A stretch of DNA of 64,000 nucleotides from a virus (taxonomy: Duplodnaviria; Caudoviricetes). The position numbers and the translations under genes are program-made. Shown piece by piece: positions 57,352 through 64,000 of the stretch. The notes beneath the pieces are model-generated. The model worked only from the letters and a program-made list of their open reading frames with translations, made no database searches and was not told where the DNA came from. Within the stretch, counting starts at the first letter, position 1. Every line of letters starts with the position of its first letter. The stretch is taken from positions 27,113 to 91,112 of the IMG/VR virus record IMGVR_UViG_3300031853_000013; one strand, given 5' to 3'.

Positions 57352-57609
57352 TTATTGTTCAAGTTTGTAAGTTTTTGTAATCTTTTTGTACAAACCATTT
57401 AAATTCCATTTAGCAAGTTTGTCACAAACTCTTTCGATTTCTTTGTTGTAATTGTAACTGCTTTCTTCATTCGAAGTGTTCGCAACTCGATCAATCAAAC
57501 CACAAGTGTTGTAACCCATAGAGGTATCGTAGGAGTACCACCTATCAAAGTCATCAAAGAAATCGTAAGGGTTGTCAATGGTTGTCAGCCATGTTTCGGT
57601 GACTTCCAT
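57352..57609 (-). CDS. small conserved protein coupled to the RNA polymerase gene
   Basis: WLTTIDNPYDFFDDFDRWY; starts 3 nt after the polymerase stop. Confidence 0.75.
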   Translation of the reverse strand: MEVTETWLTTIDNPYDFFDDFDRWYSYDTSMGYNTCGLIDRVANTSNEESSYNYNKEIERVCDKLAKWNLNGLYKKITKTYKLEQ

Positions 57610-57611
57610 GA

Positions 57612-60329
57612 TTAAGCACCTTCTTTCTTAACAGCACTAATAGTTGATGTAGAAACATCGAACTTCTCGGCAATGTCGCTAGTTGTCCATCCAGCGTCAA
57701 GCATTGCCATAATTCGTGCTTTGTTAGCAGTTGTTAATCCATTTGACGTTCTAGGCATAGCCCGTTCTTTAAGGGCGTCGTCGTCACAGTTTTTGAATAT
57801 AGCTTCCTGCTTGGTAGCGGATATAGCTCCAGCTTGGATTGCTTCCCATTCACGGTCTGACAGTACAATAGCCTGTCTCTTAGCACCTACGACCTCTCTA
57901 GCGTCTCGGAGAGCATTGTTTTTTACCTTCTTCAGGGCCTCCTTATCGTCTTTCAGCTCAGGGTTATCCTGCTTCTTAGTACGAACCGTCTGATTGGCAA
58001 TAAGCTGGGCCTTACGTTCGAGGGGGGCATTACGTCTAGCATCGTCAAGCTTCTTATCGAGGGATGCTATCTCGTCCTTATATGCCAGGGTGGTAGCCCC
58101 TCTGTTCCACTGGGCGGGTTCCACGCTAAGTGATGCCTTACGTGCACGATTACCAAGGGCCTTCATATAGTTGGCATAGTCGGCATATACCTCTTCCATC
58201 TCGTGTCCAGAGGACAGACTATAGGCATCCTTGGTCTCGTACATTTTAGTACTCTCAACTGGCTTATAGGGTTTGGTGCTAGTTCTGACTTCACCGTTCT
58301 TAAGTACCTTAGTCTTGGTGACAGTCTCAGGATGCTCAGTCCATTTGATTTCGCCAGTTTCCTCGTCAATCCATTGTCCTTTTCTTTCCCGACGATAGAC
58401 ATACTCAGGAGACTTGGCTTTTGACAGAAGTGTAGCAGCGCCACCACGAGCAGATCCCTGGTATTTAGTCTTAAGTTCAGCAATACCGTTATCGATATAC
58501 GACTGTTCGTAGTCTAACCGGTGTTTGTTAGCATCAATTACGACCATCGAATGTCTTGTAGCTCGAGCCAACTCGTTATCATCGGCTCCCTGAAGCGTCA
58601 TATCGGTAATCAGGTTTGTGATCATACCCATCTGTTTACCAGTATCAGCCTTTGTCATGACTCTCATGCCTTCATGGTATCCATATGTGGCCTTAGGATC
58701 AAAGTTCTTCAGTCCTTCGAGCGGGGCAGAGGTCTTTATCTTAACGTTCTTAGTGGGAATAACGAGAGCTGTATCACCGTCAAAGTCCGCACCAGACAAC
58801 TGTTCAGCAGTCTTGCTGTTGATACCGACTGCGTCAATAGCATTAGCGCCCATAACATTAGCGCCCTCTTTGTTCTTGTTATTAACCCTCAGTCTGGGCA
58901 TCTCAAACCGTCCGCCATGAGGGAATCTAACAAGTACAACTTCTTCGCCGTCTTTGTAATTGGGTGCATAAATCTCATTGTCTTTGAGCGTAGTAAGAGG
59001 CAGTAACACATGTGAAGCCTGTCTAGGCAAAGCGGCGGCCTTAAGATCGACTGCATCAGCATCACATCCATCAGCGAACTCAAGAAGCATCTTCTTCTTA
59101 AGAACGGGATTAGTGAGATTCATGATTGTCTCGAACTCTTCATCAGACTCGGCCTTTGCCAGATTGAGCTGTTTTTTAGCAAGCTCGATAGGCTGCTTAG
59201 ACAGAACCTGTGACGCAAGCGTCTTAGCCCATTCGCCCCATTTACCTTCTTCACGAACGATGTTAAGAGCACCTTGAACTTTTTCGCCTTTTTCATTCTT
59301 GTAAGAATTCTGGCGTTCCAAATATGCACCAAACGGGTTGTCCTTGTCGCCGGACTGAAGTTTTAGTACAGTATTATCTTTTTCGCCCATCATGGGAGTG
59401 CCGCGATGCTTATTTGTGTTGAATCGGATGTCCACGCCGTCAGGCAGATCGTCAGCATACACAGCCATGCCTTTAATATAGTGAGTTCCACCAACAGCGA
59501 TACGAACCTGTGCGTACCTTGAATTACCCATATCAAGATCAGCAACACCACGTCTAAGCTCCATAACGCCATCTTTAGCAAGTCCGCCGTCTTCAGCGTA
59601 AACTACACTGACTCGTTTAGGATCTACCTGAACAGGAGGCTTGATAGTACGCCGTTCCTTAGGATCTCCATCAACCATATACTCAACAGGAAGCGCAATC
59701 TTGTCCATATTGTCATATACTTCCTTTTGAGTGACGCCGGCCTTTACTAATACATCCATATTAGTCTTCTGGAGAGGATTCGAAATCTGAGGAATGTGAA
59801 GCTGGACTTTGTCATAGTCTCCGCTATCAACAAGCATCTTAACGGCACTCTTCATGGTATTCTCACTAATACCCATAAAGCGATTAACCTCAGCACCGAC
59901 ATCGACATAGTCCTTCTTGTCAACGGAGTCCTTTAAAATATCGGCGGTGGCATTAATACGGTTAGCCTTGACTTCAGCGCCATCCTTAAGAAGAGTACGA
60001 ACATAAGATTCATTACGATTCATGCGCTTACCGATAGCGACATTGGACATACCCTTTTCCTTTAATTTCTGGGCCATTGCAATATCGGCACGCTTGGATT
60101 CATTAGCGGCGATGCTAAGTCTCTTACGAAACTCTGTGGTGCTAATACCTTCCATACGAGCGATTTCGGTATCACCTTTGCCCTGGGCACGCCAGTAGTC
60201 GACCCTTGAAACGAAGTTCTTACTTCTCTGAGGCTTCTTACCAGATCCCCACGGATAGCGGCCTGAATGTCTGGGTGTGCCATAATGCATTAAAAAGTCT
60301 TCCTTGAATTCGTCAGACATCGGTATCAC
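57612..60329 (-). CDS. putative single-chain two-barrel (DPBB) DNA-directed RNA polymerase
   Basis: GADFDGD (DFDGD codons at 58773..58787) preceded by VRFP; HTH-like segments at both termini. Confidence 0.75.
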   Translation of the reverse strand: MIPMSDEFKEDFLMHYGTPRHSGRYPWGSGKKPQRSKNFVSRVDYWRAQGKGDTEIARMEGISTTEFRKRLSIAANESKRADIAMAQKLKEKGMSNVAIGKRMNRNESYVRTLLKDGAEVKANRINATADILKDSVDKKDYVDVGAEVNRFMGISENTMKSAVKMLVDSGDYDKVQLHIPQISNPLQKTNMDVLVKAGVTQKEVYDNMDKIALPVEYMVDGDPKERRTIKPPVQVDPKRVSVVYAEDGGLAKDGVMELRRGVADLDMGNSRYAQVRIAVGGTHYIKGMAVYADDLPDGVDIRFNTNKHRGTPMMGEKDNTVLKLQSGDKDNPFGAYLERQNSYKNEKGEKVQGALNIVREEGKWGEWAKTLASQVLSKQPIELAKKQLNLAKAESDEEFETIMNLTNPVLKKKMLLEFADGCDADAVDLKAAALPRQASHVLLPLTTLKDNEIYAPNYKDGEEVVLVRFPHGGRFEMPRLRVNNKNKEGANVMGANAIDAVGINSKTAEQLSGADFDGDTALVIPTKNVKIKTSAPLEGLKNFDPKATYGYHEGMRVMTKADTGKQMGMITNLITDMTLQGADDNELARATRHSMVVIDANKHRLDYEQSYIDNGIAELKTKYQGSARGGAATLLSKAKSPEYVYRRERKGQWIDEETGEIKWTEHPETVTKTKVLKNGEVRTSTKPYKPVESTKMYETKDAYSLSSGHEMEEVYADYANYMKALGNRARKASLSVEPAQWNRGATTLAYKDEIASLDKKLDDARRNAPLERKAQLIANQTVRTKKQDNPELKDDKEALKKVKNNALRDAREVVGAKRQAIVLSDREWEAIQAGAISATKQEAIFKNCDDDALKERAMPRTSNGLTTANKARIMAMLDAGWTTSDIAEKFDVSTSTISAVKKEGA

Positions 60330-60880
60330 TCCTCTTCTTTCCTCATTTGCAGTAATTCGTTAAAGTGTCGCATCTTATTCATAATTCCTTTAACATCTTC
60401 TGGATCTGGTATTTCAATCCGGACGTCTTTGTTCTGATAGATGCGCAATTCCATGTTTATGTCTTTTGGTCGTACGTCATACTCGCTACAAAAGATGGCT
60501 GCATAAATATAAAGCTGATCGAATTTTGCTTCGTGAGTCCCTGTCTTAAGATCGTGTATTCTAAGCATGTCATCACGGAAGCAGATAGCATCAGCAGTGC
60601 CATAGCAAAAATCGCTGAAATATAAAACGACTTCAGGACTCATCTTAAATCCAATAGCGTCGTTGATATACATGTTCAGCGTGTCTTTTGTTCTGGGCTG
60701 CTTTCGTCCGAGTGTGATAGCTTCTGCAGCAAATGCATGGAGTCGAGTACCCATAGCAGCCGCTTGTGCGTTTTCATAAATCTCGAGCAGTCGTTCGTCA
60801 TCATAGTTTAGCCAGGAATATTTACTCGCACTCAGGAAGGCGTGCATCCCGACTAGCCTTGAATGATTGTTCCATTTCAT
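60326..60880 (-). CDS. PD-(D/E)XK / Cas4-like nuclease (DUF2800-like)
   Basis: HAFLSAS...GTRLH...YGTADAI...IHDLKTG...QLYIYA. Confidence 0.75.
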   Translation of the reverse strand: MKWNNHSRLVGMHAFLSASKYSWLNYDDERLLEIYENAQAAAMGTRLHAFAAEAITLGRKQPRTKDTLNMYINDAIGFKMSPEVVLYFSDFCYGTADAICFRDDMLRIHDLKTGTHEAKFDQLYIYAAIFCSEYDVRPKDINMELRIYQNKDVRIEIPDPEDVKGIMNKMRHFNELLQMRKEEE

Positions 60881-61145
60881 CTAATACTTCCTCCATGTTC
60901 TCTGGATAGACAAAAGAAGAAAAGGACATCTTATTCATCGCATCTACATAGTAGTCCTGATTCGGCCGATGTGATTCTTTAGCAGAACGCTTGCATTCGA
61001 GTGTAGCCCATCTGTCTTTGTAAAATATTGTTAGATCGGGAATACCTTGAATGCATGTAGGATCGTTCTTAATCACAATACAACCAGGAAAGCGATTTGA
61101 AAGAGTGTCCTTTAATTTCTTTTGGAAATCAGATTCTTTAGCCAT
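60822..61145 (-). CDS. VRR-NUC-like nuclease / resolvase
   Basis: ESDFQ...GIPDL...LECK...RPNQ. Confidence 0.8.
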   Translation of the reverse strand: MAKESDFQKKLKDTLSNRFPGCIVIKNDPTCIQGIPDLTIFYKDRWATLECKRSAKESHRPNQDYYVDAMNKMSFSSFVYPENMEEVLDEMEQSFKASRDARLPECE

Positions 61146-61206
61146 TTGGCTCAGCTCCTTGTGTCGTCTGAATTTTGCAAAGCCGTGGAGGGCCTTGTTT
61201 ATTTTC

Positions 61207-61381
61207 CTATCATTAAGGGAGCTGTAAACTAGACGTCAACATATTGCCCCTGTAATGTTAGACCTTGCAAAATATAAAAGGCATACGCCATGGTTCTTGT
61301 TCTTCTAAAAACGCAAAGCCGTGGCGTAAGTTGTCTATTTCTATCATTAAGGGAGCTGTAAACTAGACGTCAACATATTGC
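61207..61381 (-). repeat. 41-bp direct repeat x2 containing promoter-like elements
   Basis: identical copies at 61207..61247 and 61341..61381; minus strand TTGACG-N16-CTTAAT. Confidence 0.85.
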
Positions 61382-61383
61382 AC

Positions 61384-61641
61384 TTATCTATATCCGCGAC
61401 CTTTCCTTTGGCGACAGTGTAGAGGGTTCTTAGGCACTGGGGTACCATCTACCCATTCAAACGTATAGCCTTTATGTGAATGCCGTTCTCCACACATGCA
61501 TTTAAATATAGCACTGCGATCGCCATTTATTCGGTTAGCAACAGCCTCAAATGTTGGATAGACTTCGTCTAGTTCGATTATCCTAACCATAGGATGATTC
61601 GGCGGTCTCCCAACTCGATCATATTTCTTTTTTCGCGGCAT
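61384..61641 (-). CDS. small NUMOD1-like DNA-binding protein
   Basis: VRIIELDEVYPT...SAIFKC...HKGYTFEW. Confidence 0.65.
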   Translation of the reverse strand: MPRKKKYDRVGRPPNHPMVRIIELDEVYPTFEAVANRINGDRSAIFKCMCGERHSHKGYTFEWVDGTPVPKNPLHCRQRKGRGYR

Positions 61642-61877
61642 TAGTTGGTCTCCTCAGAGCAGGCTCCTATCAAAAGCTCTAAGCTCATTCGGTATGTCTC
61701 GAGCATATCAGTTGAGTAATATGCTCTAACAGTACCGTCAGTTTCCTGTCTGGTGATACAATCCTCCTTGCTATCCATAAGCTTAGTGATAAGATCATGG
61801 CATTCCTTGAATGCGTCGGCTCTACCAGCCATATACATTTTTCCTGTATGCATAAATATAAAACCTCCTATTACCAT
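61641..61877 (-). CDS. hypothetical protein
   Basis: coupled to flanking genes. Confidence 0.55.
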   Translation of the reverse strand: MVIGGFIFMHTGKMYMAGRADAFKECHDLITKLMDSKEDCITRQETDGTVRAYYSTDMLETYRMSLELLIGACSEETN

Positions 61878-63130
61878 TTGAGAAAAGCTTTCTCATTAAA
61901 AGTCTTCTTACGATGTATTGCCATTTCGATGGCTCGGTCTATTGACGAGTTGGTCCGCATATGATAATAATGCAAAACCTTGAATGGTGTGTTCGCACGA
62001 TCAATCCGTCCTCTAGCTTGTTCCATGGTCTTGTAGGAATAAGTTTGAGAATAGAAGATCATAGTGTCTGTTGTGATACAATTCCAGCCTTCAGCACCAG
62101 CATTGTATTGTACTAAGTACGCCCAGTGATCTTCATTTGGTACTGGCTCATGCTTGTGACCGTTCCATTCAGCATATAAAAGTCCTATATCGTCGCACGC
62201 TTTTCTAAGCAACTCCAGCTCAACGTTAAAATTGTAGAATACTACGGCCTTAGCGTGTTCTCGCATAAGACTTTTAAACTTCATGATCTTGTCAGGATCT
62301 GTATTGACTAATTTACGTAGTGCTATGCACACCTCATTAGCATCCTTGAACGGTTCGTTGGTATCGGGATTCCATCGGTCTTTCATGATGATCTTGTATT
62401 TGTCTTTATCATACAAACTAACAACGGTTTCCTTTAAACATACCGTATCGCGTTTAAAGTCCATCTCAACCAGGATCTGTCGTCTCAGTCGTTCTAGCCG
62501 TTGCTCTTCTACATACCGTTCGATCTTGGGGTATTTAGAAAACCTTGAATACACGGCGTGTCGACTAACAAACTCGGTTTTGTTTTTATAGAAGCCGTTA
62601 GCTATGAACACTGGTATGTAATCAGACCAGTTGTCGCCAGGTGTAGCAGATAACAAAATCCATTTATTATTCTTTGTGATTTTTATGAACGACTTGGTCC
62701 ACATACCATAGCCTACCACGCGCTGTTCATCAAATATAAAAAACGCGTTATCGACATTCACATACTTCTTGATGTTATTCCAAGAGTCCACATGAATCTC
62801 GACATTGTCAAACTTATACCCAAACAAACCAAAAGGTATAGCTTCTTGCTCCCAGTCACACGTATCCCGTTTTCGAGCAGTGGTGATAATGTACAGTTTA
62901 ACAGGCTCCTTTAATTCTCGCATGTCAACATTGTACTCGTATACGTATTGACCATTTTTAACGTTAACATCTATACGCCCTAGTCCAACCACATTCTTAG
63001 TGAAATATAAAAGCGCTGTACGTGACTTACCAGAGCCAACACCGCCAACTAAGATACAGCCATTATGCATTTTATCAACAGCCAAATACTGATGTCGATA
63101 CAACGGTACTTTGAATTCTCCCACTTCCAT
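61871..63130 (-). CDS. SF2 (SNF2-like) helicase
   Basis: GVGSGKS, IFDEQ, LSATPG, AEGWN, QARGRIDR. Confidence 0.9.
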   Translation of the reverse strand: MEVGEFKVPLYRHQYLAVDKMHNGCILVGGVGSGKSRTALLYFTKNVVGLGRIDVNVKNGQYVYEYNVDMRELKEPVKLYIITTARKRDTCDWEQEAIPFGLFGYKFDNVEIHVDSWNNIKKYVNVDNAFFIFDEQRVVGYGMWTKSFIKITKNNKWILLSATPGDNWSDYIPVFIANGFYKNKTEFVSRHAVYSRFSKYPKIERYVEEQRLERLRRQILVEMDFKRDTVCLKETVVSLYDKDKYKIIMKDRWNPDTNEPFKDANEVCIALRKLVNTDPDKIMKFKSLMREHAKAVVFYNFNVELELLRKACDDIGLLYAEWNGHKHEPVPNEDHWAYLVQYNAGAEGWNCITTDTMIFYSQTYSYKTMEQARGRIDRANTPFKVLHYYHMRTNSSIDRAIEMAIHRKKTFNEKAFLKW

Positions 63131-63217
63131 ACTATTTCACCTCCTATCAAAGCAAAAAAGAAAGAGAGCTGACCAGTTATTATGTCAGCCCTGTTTCTTT
63201 TTGATTCGGCATAATGC

Positions 63218-63319
63218 TCAATCTTTCATAAGCATTATGATCAAGACTATAGGCACTAATGTTTCAATTATTTCTTCTACTATCTTTAGTGCCTTTATCT
63301 TGTATTCTCTTTCGTTCAT
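63218..63319 (-). CDS. 33-aa peptide with hydrophobic C-terminus (not in ORF track)
   Basis: MNEREYKIKALKIVEEIIETLVPIVLIIMLMKD; GAGGAGG SD right after promoter 17; terminator at ~63154..63192. Confidence 0.6.
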   Translation of the reverse strand: MNEREYKIKALKIVEEIIETLVPIVLIIMLMKD

Positions 63320-63338
63320 GAGCCTATCACCTCCTCTC

Positions 63339-63363
63339 ATAAAGGGAGATGACCAGTTTGCGA
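63339..63363 (-). promoter_or_regulatory. phage promoter motif copy 17
   Basis: TCGCA-AACTGGT-CA-TCTCC-CTTTAT-GA. Confidence 0.7.
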
Positions 63364-63388
63364 ACCCCTTTAACAGAATATAAAAGGA

Positions 63389-63865
63389 TTAGAACGGCTC
63401 AGTTTCATCGACCAGATCCATGTCAGCATACTTCTCTTCGAATCGGTCCTGAACGATAGTAAACCACGCCTTCTTCAGATATGCCTTGATGCCGCTGCGG
63501 CCATTCATCTCCCACTGATACGGAGAAATGATAATATCAGCACACTCGATTTCAGCATAGTCAAGAAGACCTATAGAGTCCTCATCAAGCTTTGTGCTCT
63601 TCTTACCGCTAATCATGCGGACCGTCGGCGGAACATGATCAAACTTAACCTCAACATTGAGATACGGCTGCGGATCGTCACCTTCTTCAAGCGGCTTGAG
63701 ATACTTAACGTTCCAGCCCTCTTCCTCCAGACTAACTGCCTGCTCATGAGACAGAAGTACCGCGAAGGTTCTCTTACCAGTAGTATTATACCGGTCGCAC
63801 TCACCTCTGAAGTTTCTGAACTTGATTACTGCGTTCTCGATCTGAATATTGTTTACCTTAGCCAT
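63389..63865 (-). CDS. single-stranded DNA-binding protein
   Basis: FRNFRG...GKRTF...GIKAYLK; acidic C-terminus ending EPF. Confidence 0.75.
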   Translation of the reverse strand: MAKVNNIQIENAVIKFRNFRGECDRYNTTGKRTFAVLLSHEQAVSLEEEGWNVKYLKPLEEGDDPQPYLNVEVKFDHVPPTVRMISGKKSTKLDEDSIGLLDYAEIECADIIISPYQWEMNGRSGIKAYLKKAWFTIVQDRFEEKYADMDLVDETEPF

Positions 63866-63944
63866 AATATAGGCCCTCCTTAAAATATAAAAATTTATTT
63901 ATAACTGCTCAATTAGAACAGTTATTGATAGAAAAAAAAAGAAA

Positions 63945-64000
63945 GAATAGTATAGACGGAATTGAACCGCCAATCTTCCGCGGGTAAGCGGACGTGTTCA
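63945..64000 (-). ncRNA. tRNA-like RNA 3 (5' part outside the window)
   Basis: GAACAC, TCCGC-TTACCC-GCGGA, AGATT, T-arm GGCGG-TTCAATT-CCGTC, then TATACTATTC and U-tract with no CCA. Confidence 0.6.

Noticed and set aside
60326-60880. Cas4 as part of a CRISPR adaptation system
   Set aside because: Lacks the Fe-S cysteine cluster and has no cas context; it looks like a common stand-alone phage nuclease.
1-64000. Genome-wide stop-codon reassignment
   Set aside because: Long genes are intact in the standard code; only one suspicious TAG was seen.

Overview
A 64-kb stretch of a tailed dsDNA phage (siphovirus-like), probably of an anaerobic Firmicutes/Clostridia host (inferred from GGAGG Shine-Dalgarno sites, a GH25 lysin, BspA-type LRRs and an NrdD-like domain). 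Essentially all real genes are on the minus strand. In transcription order (high to low coordinate): replication/nuclease genes (SSB, SNF2-like helicase, VRR-NUC, PD-(D/E)XK nuclease); a 905-aa DFDGD-containing two-barrel-type RNA polymerase; a palindrome-rich probable genome-end region (~57.0-57.3 kb); the virion module (TerS, HNH, TerL, portal, protease-capsid polyprotein, tail, TMP, Dit, Tal, five BspA/LRR proteins); then an early/accessory region (16 kb to 1). The most striking candidate system has four parts. (i) A tripartite promoter motif TCGCA-N7-CA-N5-YWTWAT-R is present 17 times, all outside the structural region, with +1 apparently directly after the TWAT box (T7-like rather than sigma70-like geometry). 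(ii) These promoters drive an array of promoter-ORF-terminator cassettes, some sharing identical flanks around unrelated ORFs. (iii) Three CCA-less tRNA-like RNAs carry T-arms and U-tracts; the two complete ones are closed by long stems. (iv) An N-terminal hydrophobic-x-His motif is shared by the RNA polymerase, six basic proteins, the portal and the protease-capsid linker, suggesting protease-processed, virion-packaged proteins including the polymerase. All family assignments come from motif recognition by eye; no database searches were run.
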